Of a stretch of 64,000 nt of DNA, positions 20,597 through 30,762 are shown piece after piece; position 1 is the first letter of the stretch; the number at the start of each line of letters is the position of its first letter. The stretch lies in NCBI GenBank assembly GCA_965216315.1, contig CBDCFN010000016.1, forward strand, positions 1,952,001 to 2,016,000. The letters run 5' to 3'. The notes beneath the pieces are model-generated. The model made no database searches, had not been told where the DNA came from, and saw nothing but the letters and a program-made list of their open reading frames with translations. This stretch comes from a bacterium (GTDB lineage: Bacteria; UBA10199; 2-02-FULL-50-16; JAJFLM01). Position numbers and translations under genes: made by a program.

Positions 20597-22039
20597 ATGT
20601 TTTTACGGAACAAAGTTCAACTTCTCGCGTATCCGAACCGCATAGGTAGTAATCTCAAAGATTTACGGCTGTTTTTGGATCGCTATTTATCCAAATCTGT
20701 CGGCGGGGTGCACATTTTACCCTTTTATCCTTCAAACGCTGATAATGGGTTTTCACCCCTGACACATCTTGAAGTTGACCCTCAATTCGGAACCTGGCGC
20801 GATATAGAAGCAATCGCCAAGAAATATGATCTTTGTGCCGATCTCACTATCAACCACATCTCCGACGAATCCGCTGAATTTCTTGACTTCATCAAGCACG
20901 GGTACAAATCAAAATATGCGGATCTGTTCGTGCATGTTCATAAACTCGGTAATTTCAGCACGGACGATATGGCTAAAATTCATATCCGCAAGGAAAAGGA
21001 ACCTTTCAGAGATGTCTATTTTAAGAACGGTAAACAGGGTCAAGTCTGGTGCACTTTTACAACTCATCAAATTGACCTTAACTATGAGAGCCGGAACACA
21101 TTTGCTTTAATGAAAAAATATATGAAGTTTCTGGCCGGAAAAGGAGTCAAACTTTTCAGGATGGATGCGTTCGGATACATCACGAAACAGCGGGGTACGA
21201 GTTGTTTTTTTATTGAACCACAAATCTATGACCATCTGGAATGGTTTAAAAGTACAGCCGCCCAGTATCAGACCGCAATTCTCCCCGAAGTTCATGACCA
21301 TCCGAGTTTTCAAAGGGCCTTAAGCAACCGGGGAGCTTATTCTTATGGATTTGCGCTGCCCCCACTCCTTTTGTACTCGATACTTGATTGCAACAGCAAA
21401 TATCTAAAAGAATGGCTCAGAGCTTGTCCCCCCAACCAGGTAACCGTATTGGATACGCACGATGGAATATGCATTCCGGACGTGGAAGACCTTTTACCTG
21501 AAGATAAAATAGACGCCGTGGTGCAGAACGTCTCCGAAAGGAGTGCTGACCCGATCCTGCGCCGTTCCGCGGCTAATGTCCACAGTGTTGGGGCTATCTA
21601 TCAATTAACAACGACTTTTTATGACGCTCTCAAGAGAAATGACGATGCCTATATTGTCGCACGTGCCATCCAACTGTTCACGCCGGGCATTCCTCAAGTA
21701 TACTATGTCGGACTTTTGGCTGGTGAGAATAATATTGAACTCATGGAAGAAACAGGCTCCGTCAGAAATATCAACCGACATTATTTTACGAATGAAGATA
21801 TCAATAAAGCATTCAAGAAAAAAGTCGTTAAACGATTATTGCGTGTCATGGAATTCAGAAACAACTACCCCGCCTTTAATGGCCGATTTGACCTGCACTA
21901 TTCAAATGATTCCAGCCTGATAGTTTCTTGGACTAAAAACAAGCATTCCTGCAAATTATCCGTGGATTTTAATTTCAATAAAGCCATTCTCCATTATTTT
22001 GATAAGGCGACTAAAAAAACGAAAAAAATAACCCTCTGA
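20597..22039 (+). CDS. GH13_18 sucrose-phosphorylase-family enzyme, probably glucosylglycerol phosphorylase
   Basis: GVHILPFYP, RMDAFGY, PEVHDH, LDTHDGI, PGIPQVYY; acceptor loops HIRK and VGAIYQ; adjacent to ggpS. Confidence 0.85.
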   Translation: MFLRNKVQLLAYPNRIGSNLKDLRLFLDRYLSKSVGGVHILPFYPSNADNGFSPLTHLEVDPQFGTWRDIEAIAKKYDLCADLTINHISDESAEFLDFIKHGYKSKYADLFVHVHKLGNFSTDDMAKIHIRKEKEPFRDVYFKNGKQGQVWCTFTTHQIDLNYESRNTFALMKKYMKFLAGKGVKLFRMDAFGYITKQRGTSCFFIEPQIYDHLEWFKSTAAQYQTAILPEVHDHPSFQRALSNRGAYSYGFALPPLLLYSILDCNSKYLKEWLRACPPNQVTVLDTHDGICIPDVEDLLPEDKIDAVVQNVSERSADPILRRSAANVHSVGAIYQLTTTFYDALKRNDDAYIVARAIQLFTPGIPQVYYVGLLAGENNIELMEETGSVRNINRHYFTNEDINKAFKKKVVKRLLRVMEFRNNYPAFNGRFDLHYSNDSSLIVSWTKNKHSCKLSVDFNFNKAILHYFDKATKKTKKITL

Positions 22040-22042
22040 TTC

Positions 22043-23620
22043 CTACCAGAAACAAATAACAAGCCATGCGGTCAGAACAACTAGGATCAGAGCTTGCACA
22101 CGATAGTCCTTATAAAACGGATAGCGTTGGTCCGGCAGGTAATCGGCGCGGCTCCATAAATAGGCTCCCAACTGAACACGTGTTTTGCCCGCGGGGTAGA
22201 CCCAGGTTAGAACCGTCATTACTCCCGTTGATACGGCTGTTAAGATCCCCGCGATAATCGTGAAATGCAGCATGACCATGCCAAGCTGAGACAAGATAAA
22301 CACAACGAGCGAAACAATGTGCCCGGTAATCAGGGTGTACAAGGCCGCCTGAGCGGATACACGTGACCAAAAGATACCGAGAATAAAAACCGCTGCCACC
22401 GGCGGCACAACATACGAAAAAGCCTGTTGGAGATAGGCAAACAAGCCCGGAAAATGGGCAATTTGCGGGGCCCATAACGCTGCGATTATCATTAAAATGA
22501 GTGTAGTGAAACGTCCGTAATTGCGAATTTGTCGCGGTGTCAATTCCAAGTGTTTTGGTTGGATGAAATCCATCACGATGAGCGTTGAAGCGGAATTTAG
22601 CGTGGAGTCAATGCTCGACATAATGGCCGCAATAAGAGCGGCCAAAACCAGTCCGACGACGCCTATGGGCAAGATGTTGGTAATGATCGTCGGAAAAACC
22701 AGATCCGGGTTTTGTAATGACGGAAATAACTGCAGTGCCATCACGCCGGGAAGAACCATAAAAAACAAAACAGGTAGTTTCAGTAATCCTCCCAGCATCG
22801 CCCCCCAGCGCGCATTTGCTAAATTCTTCGCTCCCAAGACCCGTTGTGCAATATATTGATTGGTCGACCAATAATAAAAACCCAGTATCGGAACGCCCAC
22901 CAGTGTTCCCAGCCAGGGCAAGGCAGGATCATCTATCGGTCGGATAACCGACATATGGCTTTGAGGAATCGTCGAAAACGCCTGAGCCCAAGAAAAATCA
23001 TAATTAGAAAAGATCATTCCCGTCATGAAGATACATCCGCATATCAGCACAATGGCCTGCAATACATCCGTATACACAACTGCCTTTAAGCCGCCTGCTG
23101 CCGTGTAAATCCCTGCAAATAAGGCCAGAGCAATGCAGACCTGCCAGATTACTAGTGAGGGGAAAATAACCTTCAAGACGAGGGCGCCGGCGTAAAGCCC
23201 TCCCGCCGTATCGACAACGATGCTTAGAAATATAGTAATTATTGAAAAATATTTCTGACAACGCGAATCAAATCTTTTTCCCAGAAATTCCGGGATCGTC
23301 GTGACCTTGTTCTTCAAATAAAGCGGAATAAAAAATATCGCCATGAAAACAAGGACCAGTGTCGCCATCCATTCATAATTAGATACAGAAATTCCGCTTT
23401 TATAGGCTTGTCCGGACAACCCGATCAGTGTCGTACTCGAGATGTTCGAAGCAAACAGTGAAAACCCGATGGCCATCCAACCTAAACTACGACCGGCAAG
23501 AAATAAGTCCTCTCCACTCTTGGTTCTTCGCGCCACTGCGATCCCGATTCCGAAAACAACGCAAAAATAGAGGATGATGATGGCGATATCCAGCGAGTGA
23601 ATAGGAAATGAAGACATCAA
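22043..23620 (-). CDS. sodium:solute symporter (SSS/SLC5, sugar type)
   Basis: FLAGRSL, SLFASNIS, GGLKAVVYTD, AAIMSSIDS motifs; many TM helices. Confidence 0.93.
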   Translation of the reverse strand: MMSSFPIHSLDIAIIILYFCVVFGIGIAVARRTKSGEDLFLAGRSLGWMAIGFSLFASNISSTTLIGLSGQAYKSGISVSNYEWMATLVLVFMAIFFIPLYLKNKVTTIPEFLGKRFDSRCQKYFSIITIFLSIVVDTAGGLYAGALVLKVIFPSLVIWQVCIALALFAGIYTAAGGLKAVVYTDVLQAIVLICGCIFMTGMIFSNYDFSWAQAFSTIPQSHMSVIRPIDDPALPWLGTLVGVPILGFYYWSTNQYIAQRVLGAKNLANARWGAMLGGLLKLPVLFFMVLPGVMALQLFPSLQNPDLVFPTIITNILPIGVVGLVLAALIAAIMSSIDSTLNSASTLIVMDFIQPKHLELTPRQIRNYGRFTTLILMIIAALWAPQIAHFPGLFAYLQQAFSYVVPPVAAVFILGIFWSRVSAQAALYTLITGHIVSLVVFILSQLGMVMLHFTIIAGILTAVSTGVMTVLTWVYPAGKTRVQLGAYLWSRADYLPDQRYPFYKDYRVQALILVVLTAWLVICFW

Positions 23621-23624
23621 ATCG

Positions 23625-25895
23625 CTACGATGTGGCTTTTTTTACAGAATCGAGAAAATCTTCGGCCCAAGTCTGGATATCATATTGGTTCACAATCTGA
23701 AAAAGTCTTTCCATATGCAGGACTTTGGTCTCCGGTTTTAGTTGGACTGCACGCTTCAATACACGCGCCATATCGGAAATATCATACGGGTTGGTCAACA
23801 AGGCTCCGTGCAGTTCAGCTGACGCGCCTGCAAATTCAGATAAAATCAGGACTCCCTCGGTATTTGTAGCATCTTTGGTAGCGACATATTCCTTGGCAAC
23901 TAGATTTAAGCCATCTCTCAACGGGGTCACCCAAGCAATGTCCGCAATGGTATAAAAACACAACACGTCCTCATATGAAAACGATTGAAAAAAATAACGA
24001 ACGGGATTCCATTGATAAGTCGCGAAGCGTCCATTAATTCTTCCTATCGCCTCATCGACTTCCGAGCGGATCGAACGATAGACTTTCATCCGCGGGTTTG
24101 GTGGTGTCCAAATCGTAATGAATTGCAATTTTTCATACCATTCGGGATTTTCCTCAAGAAATTTCTCGTAGGCTGCCAGCTTTTCCATTGGCCCTTTTGT
24201 GTAATCCAATCTCTCGACAGAAAGCACCGTGACTTTATCGGAAAATTCTCCGCGCAGCTTCTCAATCCTCTGTTTATTCTTCGGCTTATTGATCAAGTCA
24301 CGGATTAGTTTCACATCTGTGCCTACAGGATGAGCCCCCAGATAGACTGTACTCTCGACTGACTTGACTTTTTTAACTTCAGTGACCGCTCCGGACGCGC
24401 AACTATGCGTCAAATATCTTGGAGCCGCCGATTCCGATTCAAGGATCTCGAGCGGTCCATGCCCTCTCAAGGCATCAACAAAATTTTCTATATATCTCGG
24501 TATGTGAAAACCAATATAGTCACATTGGATGAGGCTACTTAATATCTCGCGACGCCACGGAATAATTGAAAAGGAGTCCGATGAAGGGAACGGCGTGTGA
24601 TGAAAAAACGCAATTTTGAGATCATGGCGGTCTTTTCTCAATAAACCCGGAACCATCCACAGGTTGTAGTCATGTATCCAGACCGTTGCGCCCGGATGGG
24701 CGATCTTCGACACTTCCTCTGCAAAGAGACGATTCACTTCCACAAACCGGTCCCAGTGCGCCTTGATGAAAGCGGTTTTGTCCGGAAACGAGTGCAACAG
24801 AGGCCAAAAGGCTTCTTTGGAAAAGCGTTGATAAAAAATTTCTATATCTTCTTTATCGAGCCATACCCTCGATAGCTTTAAATTAGGATAGTCGTCGGCG
24901 TCCGGCTGGAGAGCGGCGAGTTCTTCATTCGCCTGACGTTTATTACTGGCCGACGACGCGACCCAAACCCCTTCGCGCCCCTTGGAGAATAAACGCAGCA
25001 AGGTGGGCACTATGCCGTTCGGGCTTTTTAACCGCTTTTTAATATACTTGCCCCCCTTTTTCGCTTCCTCGAAAGGCAAGCGGTGATACACAATCACCAA
25101 TTGATCTGAATCACCCGCATTGACTTTTTCGCTTTTTTTAACAGTTTGAACGACCCCTTCTTTTGGTGCAACAATCCCACGCTGCGTTAACCCTTCGAGT
25201 ATGCCGCCGGTCCCCTCCTTGTTCGCGATAAACACGTGTGTCTTATTCTTAACGGAATTCACTAAATCTTCTTCGGAATTTCCGACGGCAATGCCATCAA
25301 AGGTCGTCTCAAAAAGCGAGAGGTCATTGAGCGTATCTCCAGCGACGACAACACTTCGAGGATCAATGTTTTCCAACTGAATGAGCTCCATTAACGTTGA
25401 TCCTTTTGAGACCCCCTTGGGTAGAAAATCAAGATAACGATCCGCTGAATACAGCACATCACAGTTCAATTTTTCAGCGGCTTGATATATTTCCTGGGAC
25501 AAGTTTTCTTTTTTTGTATAAAAAGAACAGCGCCTCTCTTGCGGTACATCTTGGCGTTCAAGCGACGGCGTATTTTCCAGCGCCTCTAGGACGACCGCCG
25601 TTCCGGGCCATTTTTTCTGAATTTCGCGTTGTAAAGGCTGGATCGGTTCCAGGTATTCACCGTCAACCACCGTGGCACCGACATCGGCAATGATATAATC
25701 CGGCCGGGGAATCACCGGATCTCTTAACAGAGGATAGACATTTTCCAAGCCGCGACCGGTAACAAAAATCAGCGTGGGGGGATGTTCCGCCGAAGAAAAT
25801 ATCTTATAGAGCTCATTTTTATCTCTTCTGTCGCCACCTAGAAAGGTCCCGTCCAGATCTGCTGCCAAGGTCAGGTTTTTCTTCACTTCATACAT
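23625..25895 (-). CDS. ggpS: fused HAD-IIB phosphatase / GT20 glucosylglycerol-phosphate synthase (GgpPS-like)
   Basis: N-terminal DLDGT...GDTLND HAD domain; GT20 motifs WIHDYNLW, FFHHTPFP, ERLDYTKG, DGLNLVAKEY. Confidence 0.85.
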   Translation of the reverse strand: MYEVKKNLTLAADLDGTFLGGDRRDKNELYKIFSSAEHPPTLIFVTGRGLENVYPLLRDPVIPRPDYIIADVGATVVDGEYLEPIQPLQREIQKKWPGTAVVLEALENTPSLERQDVPQERRCSFYTKKENLSQEIYQAAEKLNCDVLYSADRYLDFLPKGVSKGSTLMELIQLENIDPRSVVVAGDTLNDLSLFETTFDGIAVGNSEEDLVNSVKNKTHVFIANKEGTGGILEGLTQRGIVAPKEGVVQTVKKSEKVNAGDSDQLVIVYHRLPFEEAKKGGKYIKKRLKSPNGIVPTLLRLFSKGREGVWVASSASNKRQANEELAALQPDADDYPNLKLSRVWLDKEDIEIFYQRFSKEAFWPLLHSFPDKTAFIKAHWDRFVEVNRLFAEEVSKIAHPGATVWIHDYNLWMVPGLLRKDRHDLKIAFFHHTPFPSSDSFSIIPWRREILSSLIQCDYIGFHIPRYIENFVDALRGHGPLEILESESAAPRYLTHSCASGAVTEVKKVKSVESTVYLGAHPVGTDVKLIRDLINKPKNKQRIEKLRGEFSDKVTVLSVERLDYTKGPMEKLAAYEKFLEENPEWYEKLQFITIWTPPNPRMKVYRSIRSEVDEAIGRINGRFATYQWNPVRYFFQSFSYEDVLCFYTIADIAWVTPLRDGLNLVAKEYVATKDATNTEGVLILSEFAGASAELHGALLTNPYDISDMARVLKRAVQLKPETKVLHMERLFQIVNQYDIQTWAEDFLDSVKKATS

Positions 25896-26170
25896 AAACG
25901 AGAAAACGGAGAACTATCGATCTCATCTGAGACCTCATTCGTCAAGGGGGGGGGCGGCCGAAGGACATGCTGTTCACGAGAAATACCCGCCATCCAATCC
26001 ATATTTTCGCAATTCTGCCCTGTTGGCCTACATTTACCGCATTGATAAAACCCTCATCGCATCAGACATTGCTGGATAATTGAGGGTAAAATGTTCCGAT
26101 CTGATACAGGTCGGGGATCACATTCACCGGGATGATCATAAAGAGTCCTTGAAATCATTGCGGATTTCCC

Positions 26171-26186
26171 TGGCACACGCCTTGCT
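26171..26186 (+). promoter_or_regulatory. sigma-54 (-24/-12) promoter
   Basis: TGGCACACGCCTTGCT matches TGGCAC-N5-TTGCW with exact 12-nt GG/GC spacing, 29 nt upstream of the ORF at 26215. Confidence 0.7.
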
Positions 26187-26214
26187 CTGTCCAAGAGCCA
26201 TGGAGGAATAATTT

Positions 26215-26655
26215 ATGAGCGACAGAACAAACGTACCGGGCACGAAGCAAACAAATCAAACTAATTGGAATTGGCGTGATAATCTACCTGGGAGTATCTC
26301 CCCAAAAGAGGCGCAAATCAGCGTCACTCCTGATGGCAGAATCGTTATCACTGCCTATGAACAGAGCAACAATGCCTGCAAAGGACTTCTTCGTTACAAA
26401 AAAGTTATTTATACGAATGGACAAGCAATCAAGTTTGGCGAGCGCGCCGACCCCGTTAGCCGTCCGCTTTCCAAGGACGACTGTGGTGGTCATGCCATGA
26501 TCACGTCTGCCTATATGAATGCGAATCGCGCCTACAAGGTCGAACCATCTAAACTCCTCGTAATAGGTTCCAAATTATATGCATCGGGCACTATCTCGGG
26601 TAAGGATTTATCAAATATTGTCGGTGCAGCAACACAATCCTATTTTTCCAAGTAA
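26215..26655 (+). CDS. hypothetical protein
   Basis: ORF with GGAGG RBS and upstream sigma-54 site. Confidence 0.7.
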   Translation: MSDRTNVPGTKQTNQTNWNWRDNLPGSISPKEAQISVTPDGRIVITAYEQSNNACKGLLRYKKVIYTNGQAIKFGERADPVSRPLSKDDCGGHAMITSAYMNANRAYKVEPSKLLVIGSKLYASGTISGKDLSNIVGAATQSYFSK

Positions 26656-26741
26656 AATAATTTATTAAACTTAAGGAGCAGTCGAGACTAAAAGCATAAC
26701 TAAAAACCGGCGAAATGGACGGGAATCGTTAGGAGAGAACA

Positions 26742-26908
26742 ATGTCCGAGAAAATAAATCACAAATTATGGACGGTAGTACTTGAAGGAATCGATCACAC
26801 GTATTCAAGACGATAGACGATTCAACGCGTGTCTACATAACTGGCAACAACCGCCCCTTGCTCAAACATTTTGACCAAGGCGTTTGTCTTAGCAAATACT
26901 ACGAATAA
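26742..26908 (+). pseudogene. decayed paralog fragment of the downstream 174-aa gene
   Basis: Frame from 26810 reads TIDDSTRVYITGNNRPLLKHFDQ vs TIDGGVRVFIAGDNRDLLKRFDN in the next gene; in-frame TGA at 26783; similar RBS/start context. Confidence 0.6.
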
Positions 26909-26923
26909 ATATGGGAGAGCAAC

Positions 26924-27448
26924 ATGTCACGACTTAAACTACAATTACGTCAGGTTGAAATGAACGGTGACGTGCATAAATATATATTTCGGGTCACCGA
27001 TCCGTCTACCAAAAAAAGCTACGCCATTGTAGCCGTCGACGGGGACGGCGACGGCAAGATCGATCTCGACGCAACACAACGGCGTGATTATGTTACGTAC
27101 GTCGGCAATTGTGGACAATCGGCTAATCACGTCACGGCCCGCGATGTTTCAGCAATTCAAGATACGATAACTTATTTTCACCAACGCCGGGACGTAGAAA
27201 TAGCGCATGCCAACTTCCGCTATCGTTGGGAGCGCACGCCTGCCGGGATGATAGCAACCGGACTCAGCCTAGTCGCCTCGCTGGCCTCGAGGGCTTCGCG
27301 CATCGGAGCGCTTGCGAGAACGCGTATCCACTCGACCCATAATGATCAGGTCACTAAAGTGAGCTTTTATACGATCGATGGCGGCGTCCGCGTCTTCATC
27401 GCAGGCGATAATCGTGACCTGCTGAAGCGATTCGATAATCTTCTCTAA
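26924..27448 (+). CDS. hypothetical protein with DxDGDG Ca-binding-like motif
   Basis: ORF with GGAGAG RBS; VDGDGDGKID. Confidence 0.7.
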   Translation: MSRLKLQLRQVEMNGDVHKYIFRVTDPSTKKSYAIVAVDGDGDGKIDLDATQRRDYVTYVGNCGQSANHVTARDVSAIQDTITYFHQRRDVEIAHANFRYRWERTPAGMIATGLSLVASLASRASRIGALARTRIHSTHNDQVTKVSFYTIDGGVRVFIAGDNRDLLKRFDNLL

Positions 27449-27478
27449 AAAATCGGAGTTTATGATGACTGACATCAC

Positions 27479-28354
27479 TTAGTAAGTCCAAAACTCTAGC
27501 AAGCGAGGATCTAAAGCATAAAGTCTCTCTTCAGTCTTGTAACGAATTGTCAAATCTGACTTTGTTGGATCCCACCGATAACCACGACTCTCATGTATGT
27601 ACGTGTTGAAAGGCATGCCTGGAGAGGCTATCGACGATGACGTAGACGGATATTTATCATCTGGATGTGGCACAATACCATGCGACCAGAGAATTTTCTC
27701 CGTAACACCGACATATTGATAGAGGTGAACGGCGCCCTCTACGAACGGACAATCAGAGGCCAGACCCAGGGTTTCCGTCAGAAGGCGATATAAAGCCACG
27801 CCGCCGAGATTGATCTCATAATCCAGAAATTCCACCAGGTTTTTCGTACAACGGATGGCGATTGTAGAAGTACGCGATTCCTCTGACCTAGCTACGATGC
27901 GCAAGTCCTGTGGAGTGTCTCTATCCTCACCATAATCGAAATGTAACGTTGTTCCCTCCTTCGCTCTGGCCGGAAGGTGATAACTCATAATGCAATACGA
28001 ATCAGCGGAGAATTTCCTGAACGCCCATCGGTCAGAATAGCCCTCTTCCATTTCATCATTATCTAAATCCGGCTTCGTCATGCTCTCCATGAACTCCACA
28101 ACCTGGCGAGATTGACTAATAAAAGTGTTTGCATGTGTGGGGTCCAAGGCAACACTTTCTAATCGCGGGGATCCTTCCGCGTCTTGAATGACGGGGACGA
28201 TCACGGAGCCATGCTCGGGAACGGCTCGGAATGTATCGAGATAGTTGTCAATGCCACCGGCGGTCATAAAAGTAGTGACGGGATCGATTCCAGATGTCGC
28301 GCAGATACTGACAGTCAAATTTGCCGTCGCTGAGCTCCCTACTGAAAATAACAT
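27479..28354 (-). CDS. hypothetical protein
   Basis: 291-aa ORF with GGAGG RBS; no recognisable motif. Confidence 0.65.
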   Translation of the reverse strand: MLFSVGSSATANLTVSICATSGIDPVTTFMTAGGIDNYLDTFRAVPEHGSVIVPVIQDAEGSPRLESVALDPTHANTFISQSRQVVEFMESMTKPDLDNDEMEEGYSDRWAFRKFSADSYCIMSYHLPARAKEGTTLHFDYGEDRDTPQDLRIVARSEESRTSTIAIRCTKNLVEFLDYEINLGGVALYRLLTETLGLASDCPFVEGAVHLYQYVGVTEKILWSHGIVPHPDDKYPSTSSSIASPGMPFNTYIHESRGYRWDPTKSDLTIRYKTEERLYALDPRLLEFWTY

Positions 28355-28661
28355 ACCCTCCTATCGGAGGACATACATAATAGTTTCATTGTTAACGTCC
28401 AGCGACGCATTTTTATGTTTAGATTATTAGACACTTCATGACGCAATAGTATAACGCCTTGATTCAACGATTCAATAATTGAATCATGCCTCAAATAATT
28501 GCTCAGGCAATATACACATCTCCCCCTGAATTCGATCCCTCAGCCGTGGCGTCTAATATTCGGAAGCTGGCAGTTACCCAGGCCGTGTCGGAGACCATAG
28601 GCGTCGAGACCTCTTGCACCTTTTGATTAGACGTCTTAGACTAAAGCCAGTTCTTTGAATT

Positions 28662-28717
28662 GGGGGCGATTTGGGTTCGACGGAATCGCCAGAAATGACG
28701 ATAGCAGGTCGAGGTTG
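28662..28717 (+). repeat. duplicated 5' end of tmRNA
   Basis: 53/56 identical to 28965-29020. Confidence 0.9.
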
Positions 28718-28964
28718 ACGTCATAGGGGCTTGCGTCGCCCCCTCCGGAAGCAAAGCTTGCGGGCCGATCGCAGAGCTCTCGGCATCTGAGGCACCAGAG
28801 GTGCTGATCCAAGCCTCCCCTTCTCGCTCGCGTTGCTCGCTAGACAACCTCGGCAAAACATATAAGGTGTTCTTTGAAACGATGAGGGATTGTTAAGGGG
28901 GAGAGAGTTTTTCTTCCCCTTAACTAGAAGCCAATCCGAAGCTGCGCTTTCGGTTGGCTGCAAT

Positions 28965-29321
28965 GGGGGCGATCCGGGTTCGACGGAATCGCCAGAAGTG
29001 ACGATAGCAGGTCGAGGTTGTCCGAACCTTGTCTAAAACGGACACAGGCTATAAACGCCGATCATGATGCGCCTTTGGCGCTTGCTGCTTAATTAAGCGG
29101 CCGTCTCTTAGGTTCTTGTCTGCGGGATTTAATGAGACGCCATTTGCAGACTGGCTCAGAGGACATTGTCTTCGAAAATCTGGGTGAGAAACTCCGAAGG
29201 CTAGCGGCCGAACCCCTGTCGATGGGGAAACTCGGTGGCGAATCACTAATCATCGACTAAGCCTGTAGCGATCGTCATGGAAGCCTTCCGGACGGGGGTT
29301 CGATTCCCCCCGCCTCCACCA
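28965..29321 (+). ncRNA. ssrA: tmRNA (357 nt), tag peptide (A)ADHDAPLALAA
   Basis: 5' GGGGGCG pairs with 3' CGCCTCC-A-CCA including the G3.U pair; T-arm GGGGGTTCGATTCCCCC; pk1 (CGAGGTT/AACCTTG, GTCCG/CGGAC); tag ORF 29057-29092 ending LAA-stop. Confidence 0.97.
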
Positions 29322-30762
29322 ATTGATAAGTGGTCGACGTTTTGCGAGCAGGGACCACGGCAAATGGTAGGAAAAGCGCAGGGTTTTGGCCGAAACGCGA
29401 AAGTTCGAGCCGATCTTTTTTAAGAATTCCTTTTGGGAGGAGTAATCGTCGCCACTCGCCAGCGGACCCGCTTGGTGAGCCGCCTGGAGGAATTCGAGGC
29501 AGGGTTCGAGCCAACCCATTGCCCCGGTCTCAAGGGCCGTCAGCTTTTCCTCTAAACGCACCTTCTGTTTCAATAATGATTCCTTCTTGGCTTGATACTC
29601 GACGCGATCGATGATGCCGTCGAGATGGGCGTCCAAGAGACGATCAAGCTTGCCCTGAATGGCCGGCATCTCCCGGTCGAATTGTTCCTTAAAGCGTGCA
29701 AGGGGTTGGCGAGAATCCTGCTGCTCCTTGGCCCACCACGCGATCATCTGTTGATAGGCGTCAGCCGGCAGAGCGACCTTTGCGATCGCGGTGCTGATTT
29801 GTTTGGCTAAGTCTTCCTCTCGGACAAAGGGCTCGGTACACGGGCCTTTCTTCTTGGTGCAGCGATAATAGTGATATTTCTTTTTCTGTCGCTCTGCCGT
29901 GATGGCGCCGTCACAATTGGCGCAACTCGCCAGGCCAAGAAAGGGAAATAAGTGCTTACGATGTTTGTGAGGCACGCCGCTCTTGGTCAGCAGACCTTGC
30001 ACCTTATCGAACAAGTCTTTCGTAATAATGGGTTCGTGGGAGCCCTGATGCCACTCGCCGGAGAACTCGAATAAGCCGTAATAGAAAGACTTGGTGAGGA
30101 TGCGATAAAGGGCGGCGTGCACAAGTGGCTTATTTTTGCGGCTCAGCAAACCCCACTCGGGCGCCATGCGCCGTAGATCCTCCACCGTATAGCGCCCCGT
30201 CGCGTAGGTCTCGAAGAGTTTCTTGATCAGGGGCGCTCGCTCGGGATCGATGACAACCTTTCGGGTCTTTTGGTCATTGTCGTAGCCCAAGGGTGCGACC
30301 CCCGGCCATTCCCCACGCCTTAACTTTTGGCGAATCCCGCGGCCGAATATTCTCCGAAAGGTTGTCCACGTAATACTTGGACTGCCCAAAGGCGATATTG
30401 AGCATAAATTTGCCTTGTGGCGTGTTTTCGAACCAAAAAGTCGGGAACTTAAGCGCCTTAATATGCTCAGTATCTAAAAAGTAAATAATCCGGCCGCCAT
30501 CGACGGAATTGCGCGCGAGTCGATCCGGGTGCCAGGCGATAATCCCTTGGGCCTCACCGCGTTCAATGCGCTCCATCATGTCATTGAAAATCGGGCGGCC
30601 GGGGACCTTGGCCGTCTTGGATTCGGTAAAAATTTCCTTAATTGTTAAACGTTCTTTTTCAGCGAAGAGTTTTAGTTCCGCGATTTGTGATTCAATTGAT
30701 AAGACCTGTCGCTCTTCGCTGTCGCTGGATTTACGGGCATAGAGAAAATACTGGGAAGACAT
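29250..30762 (-). pseudogene. large serine recombinase (resolvase + recombinase + Zn-ribbon + coiled coil) split by a 1-nt frameshift
   Basis: YARKS catalytic motif, DRLARN, CANC/C..C Zn ribbon; removing one base at ~30341 joins ORFs 30274-30828 and 29250-30389 into ...SENIRRGIRQKLRRG (503 aa). Confidence 0.88.
29316..29391 (-). repeat. att arm, copy 1 of a 76-bp perfect inverted repeat (partner 30920-30995)
   Basis: Exact reverse complement of 30920-30995 by manual alignment. Confidence 0.95.

Noticed and set aside
28460..28486. GATTCAA/TTGAATC inverted repeat as an operator
   Set aside because: Short, single occurrence and no cognate regulator nearby; cannot be supported
28662..28964. Group I intron or permuted two-piece tmRNA
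   Set aside because: The downstream tmRNA is complete and one-piece; the insert is too short and shows no group I core
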